The notes: a model not told the origin generated them from the sequence alone. A DNA stretch of 48,680 nucleotides from Candidatus Limnocylindria bacterium (GCA_050695815.1 JBOGSW010000136.1:1-48680), one strand, 5' to 3'. Positions 1-9,896 are shown, numbered from the stretch's first letter. A program made the numbers and translations.

Positions 1-2694
1 CTGGCCGCCTTCCGTGAGTCCCATGAGGCCGGTCGCGAGGCGATCGGCATGGCCGAGGCGAGCTACTGGGAGGCGGAGGAGGCCGCCCGCGAGGCCGCAC
101 GGGCCCGCGAGACGACGCGCGAGGCGCTTATCAGGCTCGAGAGCCGTCTGGAGGGTCTCGAGTCGCGCCGGTCGGAGGCCGAGGCGGCGATCGAGAGCGG
201 CGCGACCGAGCTCGGCGAGGCCGAGGCACGCTTGGCCGCGACGGATGACGACCGGCTCGAGACCTCCGTCGCTCCTGCGCTCGCCGCGGCGGGGGAGGCC
301 GAGGAACGCTGGCAGGCTGCCGTGACGGCGCTCGCCGCCGCCGATGCGGACCTGCTCGCCGCCGAGGAGGCGCTCTCCGCGGTCCGTGCGCGCGAGAGTG
401 ACCGCATCGCCGCGACCGCACGCGCCTCGGAGGAGGATGCGCGTCGGCGCGCCCGGCATGAGCAGGCGACAGCCGAGCTCGAATCGACCACCACGTCCCT
501 CCAGGCGAGCCGCGACGCGACCATCCGAGCGCGCGATGCCGCCGAGAAGGCCCGCGCGAGCGCCGATGCGGCGAGCGACGCCACCGACCGCAAGGCCGCG
601 GAGCGCGATACGTCGCAGTCCGCTGCGGACGAGACCCGCCAGCAGGCGCTCGAGATCGGGGAGCGCCTGCGCGCCACCCGCGCCGAGCTCGATGCCGCCA
701 CCGACAGCGGCGACCGTCCGGCTCGCCTCGGCGCGCGGCTGGCGAAAGCGGGATGGTCCAGTTTGCTCGACTCGATCGACGCGCCCGAGGCGTCCTGGGC
801 CGCCGTCGAGGCTGTCGTCGGCGGCGAGCTCGAAGGGGCGCTGCTATGGACCGATGACGACCCATCGAGCGAGCTCGCCGGCGCCCGCGGCGCAGCTCGA
901 TTCCTGCGCATCGAGCTCGACGACTCCGGACGCGCCGAGGCGCTGAGCGCCGTGGCCGGGACGCGCACGCTGGCAGAGTGGATCGGGGCCGCCGACGCGC
1001 CGCTCGCGTTTCAGCGCACGGTCGTGGCGCACGATCTCGCCGCACTCCTCGCCGGCTGGCGTCGCCTTCCGGCCGGATGGGGCGCGGTCACGGTGGAGGG
1101 GGACCTGGCCGATCCGCGCGGGATCATCGTGCTGCGCGGGCGCGCGGACGAGGCGGGTGGCGCATCGGCCCGCGCACACGCGCGGCGCCGGGAGCTGACG
1201 GAGCTCGCCGCGCGCCTCGAGCGCGAGGCAACCGTGGCGCAGGGGGCGGCGCACGACGCTGCCGAGCGCTTGCGCCAGGCTCGCGAGACGCACCTCGCCG
1301 CGTCGGCGGCGCACGACGAGGCGTCACGCACCGCGCGTCGGGCGCGCGAGGACCTCGACGCGGCAGAGGCGCACGAGCAGCGGCTGGCCTCGCGTCATGA
1401 GACGCTCCGTGCGGAGCTCGCCGCGCTGTCGGGATCGCGTGTGGCCGGGATCCCTCCGGCGCAGGCGTCCGATGAGCTATCGAGGCTGCAGGCGGCCGCG
1501 GGCGAGGCGCGACGGAGGCGGGATGCCGCCGGTGCGGCGCGCGACGCCGCGCGCGAAGGGTGGAGCGCAACGCGCCTCGCGGCGGAGGAGGCAGAGTCAC
1601 GGACCGCCGGGGAGCGGCGTGGTCGAGCGGTGGCCGAGGCACGCGTGGCCCAGCTGCGTGCCGGCCTCCCCGAGCGTCGGGTGGCGCTGGAACGGCTCGA
1701 CCAGGAGCGCAAGGCCGTGGCCGCTGAGGCGACCTCGGCGCGCGAGGCGGACTCGTCGGCAGAGGCGACGCGGCGGGCGGCGGAGGAGGCACGCTCCGCT
1801 CGGCGCACGGAGCTGCTCGAGCTCGAGCGTGGCCAGGGCGGTGCGGGGACGCGGCTGGCGGAGCTCGAGCGGGAGGCGCACGCCACCGCCATCGAGGCGT
1901 CGCGCCGTGACGAGGCGTTCAGCGCGCTGACGCGCGAGCGCGAGGTCGCGCTCGACGGGCTGCCGGAGGCCACGGCGGGCGCCGATGACGAGCAGCTCGC
2001 CGCGGACATCGAGACCCTCGACGACGAGGCGCTCGAGACGGAGCTGCGGCGCGTTCGTCGCACGCTCGGGCAGATCGGATCGGTCAACCCGTTCGCGGTC
2101 GAGGAGCACCGCGAGCTTGCCGGTCGCATGGCGGAGATGACCACGCAGGACGCCGACCTTCGGGCCGCCATCGGTTCCACCGAGGAGCTGATCGCGCGGC
2201 TGGAGTCGGAGATCTCGGAGCAGTTCGACGCAGCATTCCGCGCCATCGCCGAGCGGTTCGATGAATTCTGCCGGCTCCTGTTCGCAGGTGGGTCCGCCTC
2301 GCTCCAGATGGCCGACGAGGCCGACGGTGACGCGCCGGGAGGGATCGAGATCGTGGTGCGGCCGCCCGGGAAGCGACTCCAGCGCCTGGCGATGCTCTCC
2401 GGTGGCGAGCGAGCGCTGACCGGCGTGGCGTTGCTCTTCGCCATGCTGACCGTGAACCCGGTGCCGTTCTGCATCCTCGACGAGGTCGACGCCGCGCTGG
2501 ACGAGGCCAACATCGGCCGTTTCGCGCAGGCGCTCGGCAAGCTGTCGGAGTCGATCGACTTCGTCGTCATCACCCACAACCGCGCCACGATCGAGGTGGC
2601 CGACACGATCTACGGAGTGACCATGACCGATGCCGCGGTCAGCCGCCTCCTCTCCCTGCGCCTGGCAGACCTGCCGGCCGAGGTGACCGCCTAG
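1..2694 (+). CDS. smc: Chromosome partition protein SMC, C-terminal part (5' end lies outside the window)
   Basis: Frame 1 is open from base 1 with no upstream stop (first ATG at 49). A long Ala/Glu/Arg coiled coil is followed by an ABC head with signature LSGGERALTGVALLFA and Walker B FCILDEVDAALD. ftsY follows directly, as is common. Confidence 0.9.
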   Translation: MAAFRESHEAGREAIGMAEASYWEAEEAAREAARARETTREALIRLESRLEGLESRRSEAEAAIESGATELGEAEARLAATDDDRLETSVAPALAAAGEAEERWQAAVTALAAADADLLAAEEALSAVRARESDRIAATARASEEDARRRARHEQATAELESTTTSLQASRDATIRARDAAEKARASADAASDATDRKAAERDTSQSAADETRQQALEIGERLRATRAELDAATDSGDRPARLGARLAKAGWSSLLDSIDAPEASWAAVEAVVGGELEGALLWTDDDPSSELAGARGAARFLRIELDDSGRAEALSAVAGTRTLAEWIGAADAPLAFQRTVVAHDLAALLAGWRRLPAGWGAVTVEGDLADPRGIIVLRGRADEAGGASARAHARRRELTELAARLEREATVAQGAAHDAAERLRQARETHLAASAAHDEASRTARRAREDLDAAEAHEQRLASRHETLRAELAALSGSRVAGIPPAQASDELSRLQAAAGEARRRRDAAGAARDAAREGWSATRLAAEEAESRTAGERRGRAVAEARVAQLRAGLPERRVALERLDQERKAVAAEATSAREADSSAEATRRAAEEARSARRTELLELERGQGGAGTRLAELEREAHATAIEASRRDEAFSALTREREVALDGLPEATAGADDEQLAADIETLDDEALETELRRVRRTLGQIGSVNPFAVEEHRELAGRMAEMTTQDADLRAAIGSTEELIARLESEISEQFDAAFRAIAERFDEFCRLLFAGGSASLQMADEADGDAPGGIEIVVRPPGKRLQRLAMLSGGERALTGVALLFAMLTVNPVPFCILDEVDAALDEANIGRFAQALGKLSESIDFVVITHNRATIEVADTIYGVTMTDAAVSRLLSLRLADLPAEVTA

Positions 2695-3675
2695 ATGTTC
2701 CGGCGCCGCCGCGACGAGCCCCCCGAAGAGGCGAAGGCCCCGGCACCGATGACGGTCGCCCGACCCCCGCGCGAGGCTCGCGGGATGGGTCTCCGCACTC
2801 GACCATCGGGCCTCGGCGCGAGGCTGCGAGGAGTCCTGGGCGCCGGGACGGCGGCCGATGCAGCCACCTGGGACGAGGTCGAGGAGGCACTCATCGCCGC
2901 CGACGTCGGCGCAACCACCACGCTCGAGCTGGTCGATGCGGCCCGCGAGCGCGTTCGCGCCGATGGCGACCGCAGCGGCGAGGCCGCACGCCGCGCGCTG
3001 ACGACGGAGATCCGCGATCGCCTGGTGCGGGTCGGGTCGGGCGCGTTCGAGCTCGGGCCGCCTCCCGCGGTGATCCTCTTCGTGGGAGTCAACGGAACCG
3101 GCAAGACGACGACGCTCGCGAAGCTCGCCCACCGCCTGCAGGCCGAGGGCCGCACGCTGGCGCTCGCCGCGGCCGACACGTTCCGCGCTGCGGCGATCGA
3201 GCAGCTCCGCGTCTGGGGTGAGCAGCTCGGCGTGCCGGTCGTGGCACAGCGTGCCGGGGCGGATCCCGGTGCCGTCGCATTCGACGCCGTTGCCGCGGCC
3301 GAGTCGCGAGAGCTTGACGCGGTCCTGGTGGACACGGCCGGCCGGCTCCAGAACAAGCAGCAGCTCATGGACGAGCTCGCCAAGATCCGCCGGGTCATCG
3401 AGCGCCGGATGCCCGGCCAGCCGCGCCACGTCCTGCTGGTGCTGGACGCCACGACCGGCCAGAACGGGCTGATGCAGGCCGAGGCGTTCAGCCGCGAAGC
3501 CGGCGTCACCGGCATCGTGTTGACGAAGCTGGACGGGACGGCAAAGGGCGGCGTGGCGCTGGCGGTGGCGGATCGGCTGGGCGTGCCGATCGTGTTCGCC
3601 GGGGTGGGCGAGGAGATCGACGCGCTGGCGCCGTTCGAGCCCGAGGCCTTCGTGGAGTGGCTCTTCGCCGAGTAG
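2695..3675 (+). CDS. ftsY: Signal recognition particle receptor FtsY
   Basis: SRP-GTPase motifs GVNGTGKTTTLAKLA, DTAGRL and TKLDGTAKGG are present. The ATG abuts the smc stop (TAGATG). Confidence 0.92.
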   Translation: MFRRRRDEPPEEAKAPAPMTVARPPREARGMGLRTRPSGLGARLRGVLGAGTAADAATWDEVEEALIAADVGATTTLELVDAARERVRADGDRSGEAARRALTTEIRDRLVRVGSGAFELGPPPAVILFVGVNGTGKTTTLAKLAHRLQAEGRTLALAAADTFRAAAIEQLRVWGEQLGVPVVAQRAGADPGAVAFDAVAAAESRELDAVLVDTAGRLQNKQQLMDELAKIRRVIERRMPGQPRHVLLVLDATTGQNGLMQAEAFSREAGVTGIVLTKLDGTAKGGVALAVADRLGVPIVFAGVGEEIDALAPFEPEAFVEWLFAE

Positions 3676-3680
3676 CTTCG

Positions 3681-3709
3681 TTGCCCGAGTCGGCAACGAC
3701 CCCTAGAAT
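3681..3709 (+). promoter_or_regulatory. Putative sigma-70-type promoter for ffh (TTGCCC - 17 nt - TAGAAT)
   Basis: TTGCCC at 3681-3686, a 17-nt spacer, and TAGAAT at 3704-3709, about 55 nt upstream of the ffh ATG. The -35 lies inside the small hairpin CGTTGCC/GGCAACG (3679-3699) that follows the ftsY stop. Confidence 0.4.
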
Positions 3710-3764
3710 GGGCAGCCGTTTGCCGGCGTCGTCGCGCCGGCCCTGATCCCGTATCGGTTCATCC

Positions 3765-5099
3765 ATGTTCGAATCCCTCTCATCGCGCCTGCAGGGCGTC
3801 GCAGGTCGGCTGCGCGGCAAGGCCAGGATCACCGAGGCCGATCTCGACGTCGCGCTGCGCGAGATCCGGCTCGCGCTGCTCGAGGCGGACGTCAACTTCA
3901 GGGTCGTCAAGGACTTCGTGGCTCGCGTGCGCGAGCGCGCCGCGGGGCTCGACCTGCTCTCCGGCCTCAATCCGGGCCAGCAGATCGTCAAGATCGTCCA
4001 CGAGGAGCTCGTCGCGGTGCTCGGTGGCGAGCGCCACCAGCTGAGCCTCGACGCGCGCCCGGCGGTGATCATGATGGTCGGCCTGCAGGGCTCGGGGAAG
4101 ACGACCACGTCGGCGAAGCTCGCCGTGCGGCTGCGCAAGGAGGGCAAGAAGCCGCTCCTGGTCGCCGCCGACGTGTATCGGCCCGCCGCCGTCGACCAGC
4201 TGGTCCAGCTCGGCGACCAGATCGGGGTCGAGGTCCACACCCGCCCGGTCGGCACGCCCGCGCTCGAGGTCGCCCGCTCGGGGCTCGAGGTCGCCCGCCA
4301 GCGCGGGCTCGACGTGATGCTCCTCGACACCGCCGGACGCCTCCACGTCGACGACGCGATGATGGACGAGCTGGTCCGGATCACCGGCTCGGTCACCCCG
4401 TCGGAGACGCTCCTCGTCGTCGACGCGATGACGGGGCAGGAGGCGGTCAGGGTCGCCGAGGCGTTCCACGCGAAGCTCCCCGTCACCGGGCTGGTCCTGA
4501 CGAAGATGGACGGCGACGCACGCGGCGGCGCGGCCCTCAGCATCCGGGCCGCGACGGGCCTACCGGTCTCGTTCCTGGGCACCGGCGAGCGCACCGACGG
4601 GCTCGAGCCATTCCATCCCGACCGGCTCGCCCAGCGCATCCTGGGCATGGGCGACATCCTGAGCCTCGTCGAGCGGGTGCAGGAGAACGTCGACCAGGCC
4701 GAGGCGGAGAAGGTCGCGCAGCGCATGATCGAGTCGCGCTTCACGCTCGAGGACTTCCGCAGCCAGCTCAACCAGATGAAGAAGATGGGACCGATCGGGC
4801 AGCTGGTGGGCATGATTCCCGGGGCGAGCCAGATGGCCGGTGCCGCCCAGGAGGCGGTCGACTCCGGCCAGCTCGTGCGCATCGAGGCCATGATCGACTC
4901 CATGACGCCCGAGGAGCGGCGTCGGCCCGAACTGATCAAGGCCAGCCGGCGGCGGCGAATCGCCCTCGGCAGCGGTACCACGACCGCGGACGTGAACCGA
5001 CTGCTCAAGCAGTTCGTCGAGATGCAGAAGATGATGAAGATGTTCTCCGGCGGGAAGATGCCTCGCGCGGGTGGCCTCGGCGCCCTGCTGGGCCGCTGA
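3765..5099 (+). CDS. ffh: Signal recognition particle protein Ffh (SRP54)
   Basis: G-domain motifs GLQGSGKTTTSAKLA, DTAGRL and TKMDGDARGG, plus a Met-rich M domain (MKKMGPIGQLVGMIPG, MQKMMKMF). Confidence 0.95.
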   Translation: MFESLSSRLQGVAGRLRGKARITEADLDVALREIRLALLEADVNFRVVKDFVARVRERAAGLDLLSGLNPGQQIVKIVHEELVAVLGGERHQLSLDARPAVIMMVGLQGSGKTTTSAKLAVRLRKEGKKPLLVAADVYRPAAVDQLVQLGDQIGVEVHTRPVGTPALEVARSGLEVARQRGLDVMLLDTAGRLHVDDAMMDELVRITGSVTPSETLLVVDAMTGQEAVRVAEAFHAKLPVTGLVLTKMDGDARGGAALSIRAATGLPVSFLGTGERTDGLEPFHPDRLAQRILGMGDILSLVERVQENVDQAEAEKVAQRMIESRFTLEDFRSQLNQMKKMGPIGQLVGMIPGASQMAGAAQEAVDSGQLVRIEAMIDSMTPEERRRPELIKASRRRRIALGSGTTTADVNRLLKQFVEMQKMMKMFSGGKMPRAGGLGALLGR

Positions 5100-5102
5100 C
5101 GC

Positions 5103-6677
5103 ATGCACCGGCTCGTCATCGCGCTCGTCACCCTGATCGGCCTCACCGGCGCCGCCTTCGTGGCGGGCTACGCGTTCCTCTTCTCCGCCTCGACGGATCG
5201 CGCCGCCGCCATGGCCCCGGCCGACAGCGCTCTCTACCTCAACGTCTACCTCCAGCCGTCGACCGGTCAGCAGATGAACCTCGGTGGGCTCATCGGTCGG
5301 CTGCCGGGCTTCGCCGACGACGCGTCGCTCGACGAGAAGATCGACCAGGTCGTCCAGAACCTCCTCGGGGGATCCGGCATCGACTACCGCGAGCAGCTCA
5401 AGCCGTGGATCGGCAACCAGGTCACGCTCGTCGCGTGGCCGAGCGACGAGGGGGTCGCGCAGCCGACCGCGGTCCTGCTCGTCGACGTCAAGGACCGCGA
5501 GCTGGCCGAGTCATCGGTCGCCGAGCTGGTGGGGGAGGGTGAGGAGAGCTTCTCGGCGGAAACCTACCAGGGCGCGGAGCTGCAGGTCGCCGAAACGGGC
5601 TCCTACGCGTTCGTCGGCGAGATGCTCGTCGTAGGTGAAGCAGCCGATGGGATTCGCGCAGTCGTCGACGTCGAGCGTGGCGCGGCTGGCTCGATCGGCG
5701 AGCGCGAAGACTTCCGGGCGACCATGGCCGAGTTGCCGGCCGACCACCTCGCCTCGGCATTCGTCGACCTCGCCGCCATCGCGGAGGCGGCCGATCTCGG
5801 AGAGCAGGCCGCCCAGCTCAGCACGGCCGGCGCGGTGCTCGTCGCCGAGCGGGATGGCCTGCGCCTGAGCGGCAGCGCGCCATTCGACGTGGGCGAGGCG
5901 GAGGCGTCCGCGCGCGCCGGGTTCGCGCTCGGAGGTGAACCGTCGAGCCTCGTCGATTGGATGCCGGAGGACACGATTGCCTCGGCCGTCGTGTTCGGCC
6001 TGCGCCAGACCCTCGAGGAGGCCGAGGCGGCCGCGCGATTGACGCCCGAGGGCGAGGAGCTCGGCAGCGCGCTCGACCAGTTCCGAGCCATTGCCGCGTT
6101 CGGCCTCGGGATCGACCTCGACAATGACATCCTGCCGCTGATCGACCGCGAGGTGGGCGTGGCGCTCGCCGGGGTCGACGGCGGCCTCCCGAGCGGCCAG
6201 CTGCTCCTCCGTCCCGACGATCCCGAGGCCGCGGCCGATGCGCTCGGTCGCCTGGCCGACCGGCTCGGGTCACTCGGCGCCGAGAGCCGCACCGAGGAGA
6301 TCGGCGAGGTCGAGGTCACCGTCGTTTCCGTCCCGGACATCGCCGAGGTCGCGTACTCCATCGTGGACGGCATCGTCATCGTGGGCCTGGCCCCGGAAGA
6401 CGTGGTGGCCGCCATCGAGGCTCACCGAGACGGCGGCACGCTCGGCAGCAGCGATCTCTATTCGCACGCGTTCGAGGTCGCCGGCGCGCGCGCGGGCAAT
6501 GAGCTCTTCGTCGATATCGACGGCCTGCTCGGCATGATCGAGGAGGACGACGCGCTTCCCGACGACGCGCGCGATATCCTTCAGCAGCTCGGTGCCTTCG
6601 GATTCACGGCGCCGTCCCGCGACGATCGAATCGAGTTCCACGCGGTCCTCACCGTCGAAGAGGCGGGGCCGGAATGA
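5103..6677 (+). CDS. Hypothetical N-terminally membrane-anchored protein (DUF3352-like by eye)
   Basis: The 524-aa ORF has strong GC3 codon bias and an N-terminal hydrophobic helix (LVIALVTLIGLTGAAFVAGYAFLF). It starts 3 nt after the ffh stop. No catalytic motif is recognisable, and the family assignment is from memory only. Confidence 0.5.
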   Translation: MHRLVIALVTLIGLTGAAFVAGYAFLFSASTDRAAAMAPADSALYLNVYLQPSTGQQMNLGGLIGRLPGFADDASLDEKIDQVVQNLLGGSGIDYREQLKPWIGNQVTLVAWPSDEGVAQPTAVLLVDVKDRELAESSVAELVGEGEESFSAETYQGAELQVAETGSYAFVGEMLVVGEAADGIRAVVDVERGAAGSIGEREDFRATMAELPADHLASAFVDLAAIAEAADLGEQAAQLSTAGAVLVAERDGLRLSGSAPFDVGEAEASARAGFALGGEPSSLVDWMPEDTIASAVVFGLRQTLEEAEAAARLTPEGEELGSALDQFRAIAAFGLGIDLDNDILPLIDREVGVALAGVDGGLPSGQLLLRPDDPEAAADALGRLADRLGSLGAESRTEEIGEVEVTVVSVPDIAEVAYSIVDGIVIVGLAPEDVVAAIEAHRDGGTLGSSDLYSHAFEVAGARAGNELFVDIDGLLGMIEEDDALPDDARDILQQLGAFGFTAPSRDDRIEFHAVLTVEEAGPE

Positions 6678-6712
6678 ACCAGTACCACCAACCCACACAG
6701 AGGTAGCTCGAC

Positions 6713-7174
6713 TTGGCAGTTCGCATTCGCCTGACTCGCGTCGGCGCCACGAAGCGCCCCGCGTATCGGGTCATCGCCATCGACAAGCGCCGACCGCGCG
6801 ACGGTCGCGCCCTCGAGATCCTGGGCTTCTACGATCCGCTCACTGAACCGGCGACCGTGAAGCTCGAGACCGAGCGGATCAACGCCTGGATCGGCAAGGG
6901 CGCGCAGCCGTCCGAGACGGTCATCAGGCTCATTCGCCAGGCCGAGGCCGCCGCCGCGCCGGGCGAGGCTCCCACCCCGAAGAGGGCAACGCGTCCCAGC
7001 AGGCCAAAGGCATCAGCCAAGAAGGCCGCGAAGGCCGAGAAGGCCGACAAGGACGAAGCGCCGGCTGAGGAAGCCGTCGCCGAGGCCAGCGCCGAGGCCA
7101 GCGCCGAGGCCAGCGCCGAGGCCGAAGAGACGGCCGCCGAGCGGACGGAAGAGTCCGAGAAGGCCGAAGCGTGA
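6713..7174 (+). CDS. rpsP: 30S ribosomal protein S16 with a long Lys/Ala- then Glu/Ala-rich C-terminal tail
   Basis: TTG start. The N-terminus AVRIRLTRVGATKRPAYRVIAIDKRRPRDGRALEILGFYDP is canonical S16. The tail of about 70 aa is low complexity. Confidence 0.93.
   Translation: MAVRIRLTRVGATKRPAYRVIAIDKRRPRDGRALEILGFYDPLTEPATVKLETERINAWIGKGAQPSETVIRLIRQAEAAAAPGEAPTPKRATRPSRPKASAKKAAKAEKADKDEAPAEEAVAEASAEASAEASAEAEETAAERTEESEKAEA
7079..7123 (+). repeat. In-frame 12-nt tandem repeat GCCGAGGCCAGC x3.75 inside the rpsP tail
   Basis: Direct reading gives 7079-7090, 7091-7102 and 7103-7114 as identical units, then a partial unit. It encodes (AEAS)n. Confidence 0.85.
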
Positions 7175-7410
7175 AGGCCTTCCTGGAATACATCGCCAAG
7201 TCGTTGGTGGACAAGCCCGACGCGGTCTGGGTCGAGGTCGACGAGGATGGCGACGCGACCGTTCTCACCCTCGGCGTGGACCAGGAGGACATGGGGCGCG
7301 TCATCGGTCGCGACGGCCGGATCGCCAACGCGATCCGCAGCCTGCTGCGGGTGATGGCCACGCGCGATGGACGACACGTCGAGCTCGAGATCGTCTCCGA
7401 CGCCGAGTGA
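7171..7410 (+). CDS. KH-domain RNA-binding protein (YlqC/UPF0109 family)
   Basis: The 79-aa protein carries the KH GxxG-type motif MGRVIGRDGRIANAIRSLL. Its GTG start overlaps the rpsP stop (GTGA). It sits in the conserved position between rpsP and rimM. Confidence 0.8.
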   Translation: MKAFLEYIAKSLVDKPDAVWVEVDEDGDATVLTLGVDQEDMGRVIGRDGRIANAIRSLLRVMATRDGRHVELEIVSDAE

Positions 7411-7900
7411 TCGGCGCCTGGCCGTCGCCAGGATCCTTGGGGCGAAGGGCCTCGCCGGCGCCCTGCGCGTCGAGCTGGTCACCGACTGGCCGGAGCGGCT
7501 GACGGTGGGCGCCGACCTGTGGCTCGAAGGCGAGTCGGAGCCGATGCGCATCGCCGCGCTCCAGACCGGTGGCCGCGTCCCGGTGCTGCAGCTCGATGGC
7601 GTGACCACCCGCGATGCCGCGGAGGCGCTCGCCGGCCGCTATCTCGAGCTGGGCGTGCATGAGCTGCCGCCGGAGGCCTACTACTGGGACGACATCGTCG
7701 GTCTCCGCGTCGAGGAGCCCGACGGCACCGAGGTCGGCGAGCTGACCGAGATCTTCCGCGCCGGCGGCAACGAGGTGTACCTCGTGACCGGGCCGCACGG
7801 CGAGCGCCTCATTCCCGCGCTGCGCAGCGCAGTCCTGCGCATCGACCTCGAGACAGGCCTCATGGTCGTCGCCCCCGACGAGAGCGTCGAGGTTGGCTGA
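7367..7900 (+). CDS. rimM: 16S rRNA processing protein RimM
   Basis: [21 protein letters not shown] matches a RimM N-terminus, with a PRC-barrel-like C-terminus, and the gene lies between the KH gene and trmD. The start is uncertain: ATG 7367 overlaps the KH gene by 44 nt, and no canonical start follows 7410. Confidence 0.85.
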   Translation: MDDTSSSRSSPTPSDRRLAVARILGAKGLAGALRVELVTDWPERLTVGADLWLEGESEPMRIAALQTGGRVPVLQLDGVTTRDAAEALAGRYLELGVHELPPEAYYWDDIVGLRVEEPDGTEVGELTEIFRAGGNEVYLVTGPHGERLIPALRSAVLRIDLETGLMVVAPDESVEVG

Positions 7901-7904
7901 GCCG

Positions 7905-8636
7905 ATGCGCATCGACCTCGTCACCATCTTCCCCGAGCTGGTCGAGGCGCCCCTGCGCACATCGATCATCGGCCGCGCCGCCGAAGCGGGCCTGATCGAG
8001 TTCGGTATCCACGACCTGCGCGACCACGGCATCGGTCGGCATCGGTCGGTCGATGACGAGCCGTACGGCGGGGGAGCGGGAATGGTGATGCGCCCCGAGC
8101 CACTGTTCGCGGCGATCGAGCCGCTGCGCGCCGCGGGCGCCCTCGTCATCCTCATGGATCCGGCGGGCCAGGTGCTCAGCGACCGGCTGGCACGCGATCT
8201 CTCGGCGCTCCCGCACCTCGCCCTCGTCGCGGGCCGGTACGAGGGGATCGACGAGCGCGTCCGCTCCCTCGTCGACCGCGAGGTCAGCATCGGCGACTAC
8301 GTGCTCACCGGCGGCGAGCTCCCGGCATTGGTGCTGATCGACACCGTCGTGCGGCTGGTGCCCGGCGTCATCACGGAGGCATCGCACACCGGCGACTCGT
8401 TCGCATCGGGCCTGCTCGAGCATCCCCAGTACACGCGCCCCGACGACTTCCGCAACATGCGGGTGCCGCCGGTCCTGCTCAGCGGGCACCACGCGGAGGT
8501 CGAACGCTGGCGCCGTCGCGAGGCACTGCGCCGCACGCTGGCGCGGCGCCCCGATCTCCTGACCGATGCGACCCTCACCAACGAGGACCGAGCCATGCTC
8601 GGGTCGATCCGGGCCGAGGACGACGCCGGCGGCTGA
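7905..8636 (+). CDS. trmD: tRNA (guanine37-N1)-methyltransferase TrmD
   Basis: [13 protein letters not shown] at the N-terminus, plus [10 protein letters not shown] and [30 protein letters not shown] 7905 is preferred over the ORF-track TTG 7893, which overlaps the rimM stop. Confidence 0.93.
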   Translation: MRIDLVTIFPELVEAPLRTSIIGRAAEAGLIEFGIHDLRDHGIGRHRSVDDEPYGGGAGMVMRPEPLFAAIEPLRAAGALVILMDPAGQVLSDRLARDLSALPHLALVAGRYEGIDERVRSLVDREVSIGDYVLTGGELPALVLIDTVVRLVPGVITEASHTGDSFASGLLEHPQYTRPDDFRNMRVPPVLLSGHHAEVERWRRREALRRTLARRPDLLTDATLTNEDRAMLGSIRAEDDAGG

Positions 8637-8642
8637 CCAATG

Positions 8643-8672
8643 TTGCCGGTCATCGGGGACGGCTGCTATACT
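8643..8672 (+). promoter_or_regulatory. Putative promoter for rplS (TTGCCG - 18 nt - extended -10 TGCTATACT)
   Basis: TTGCCG at 8643-8648 and TGCTATACT at 8664-8672. A leader of about 85 nt contains the hairpin CGCGGG-TCAC-CCCGCG (8729-8744) and the SD GAGGA before ATG 8765. Confidence 0.4.
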
Positions 8673-8764
8673 TCCCCGCGTCGCGGCCGCTTCTCGCGGT
8701 CGCGTTCTGCGTGTCGCAATCATCATCCCGCGGGTCACCCCGCGACCACGAGGACGCCCCTGCC

Positions 8765-9112
8765 ATGAACGCCATCAAGGAGCTCGAGCGCGAGCAGCTC
8801 CGCTCCGACGTGCCGGAGATCGCCCCCGGCGACACGATCCGCGTCTCGGTGAAGGTGGTCGAGGGCAGTCGCGAGCGGATCCAGGTCTTCGAGGGCACCG
8901 TGATGCGCATGCGCGGTGGTGGGCTCAACCGCCAGATCACCGTCCGCCGCATCGCCAGCGGCGTCGGCGTCGAGCGCACGTTCATGGTCCACGCGCCGCG
9001 CGTCGAGAAGATCCAGGTCGTCAGGCACGGCGTCGCCCGACGCGCCCAGCTCTACTTCCTGCGCAACCGGGTCGGCAAGTCCGCCACCCTTCGCGAGCGC
9101 CGCGCCAACTGA
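8765..9112 (+). CDS. rplS: 50S ribosomal protein L19
   Basis: [47 protein letters not shown] is canonical L19. The internal ATG 8765 is chosen over the ORF-track start 8711 because of length and the RBS. Confidence 0.93.
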   Translation: MNAIKELEREQLRSDVPEIAPGDTIRVSVKVVEGSRERIQVFEGTVMRMRGGGLNRQITVRRIASGVGVERTFMVHAPRVEKIQVVRHGVARRAQLYFLRNRVGKSATLRERRAN

Positions 9113-9175
9113 GCCCATCGGCGAGCCCGTCGCCGGCCGACGAACCGATGCGTGGCTTCTCGATAGACTGAGGCC

Positions 9176-9892
9176 GTGAAGGCTGTCAGGCGCTCCGGAC
9201 GCATCGTCAAACCATCCACGCGCGTCGAGCGCGGGCACTGGAACGCCGGCAGGAGCCTGGTCGTCGGTGCCGACGCGGTGGGCGTCGCGTGCCTGAGCGG
9301 CCCCGTCCTGGCGGCCGCCGTGGTGATGCCGCCCTTCGCGCGACGCATTCCGGGTATCCGGGACTCGAAGATGCTGTCGCGCGCGCAGCGCGAGCGGCTC
9401 TACCCCCTCATCCTGCGGCGGGCGGTCGCCGTGGGGCTCGGTGCCGCCAGCGTCCGTGAGATCGATCGAATCAACATCTATCACGCCACGAACCTGGCCA
9501 TGCGCCGCGCCATCTGCCGCATCCCGGGGCGCGAGCACGTCCTCATCGACGGGCTGCGGGTGCATCGACTGGAGGACCACGTCGGCGCGTACACGGCCAT
9601 CGTGCGCGGTGACGCGCACTGCTACTCGATCGCCGCCGCGTCGATCGTGGCCAAGGTGATTCGCGATCGACTGATGGACCGGCTGGCAGCCCGCCATCCG
9701 CACTACGCCTGGGAGCACAACGCCGGCTACGCCACCCTGGCGCACCGACGCGGCATCGATGAGCACGGGCTGACCGCCTTCCATCGCCGATCGTTCGCCC
9801 GGATCAAGGCGGCGGCGCTCGGCCATCAGCTCGAGCTCGACCTGGTCGCGTTCGATCTCAGCGAGCCGCTCGGCGACCCGGTCCCGGCCTGA
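9176..9892 (+). CDS. rnhB: RNase HII-family protein with a degenerate first active-site motif
   Basis: Family motifs DSKMLS, INIYHATNLAMRRAI, VLIDG, VRGDAHCYSIAAASIVAKVIRD and GY..H.RSF are present, and the gene sits in the syntenic position after rplS. The canonical GxDEAGRGxxxGPV reads GADAVGVACLSGPV. Confidence 0.85.
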   Translation: MKAVRRSGRIVKPSTRVERGHWNAGRSLVVGADAVGVACLSGPVLAAAVVMPPFARRIPGIRDSKMLSRAQRERLYPLILRRAVAVGLGAASVREIDRINIYHATNLAMRRAICRIPGREHVLIDGLRVHRLEDHVGAYTAIVRGDAHCYSIAAASIVAKVIRDRLMDRLAARHPHYAWEHNAGYATLAHRRGIDEHGLTAFHRRSFARIKAAALGHQLELDLVAFDLSEPLGDPVPA

Positions 9893-9896
9893 CTCG

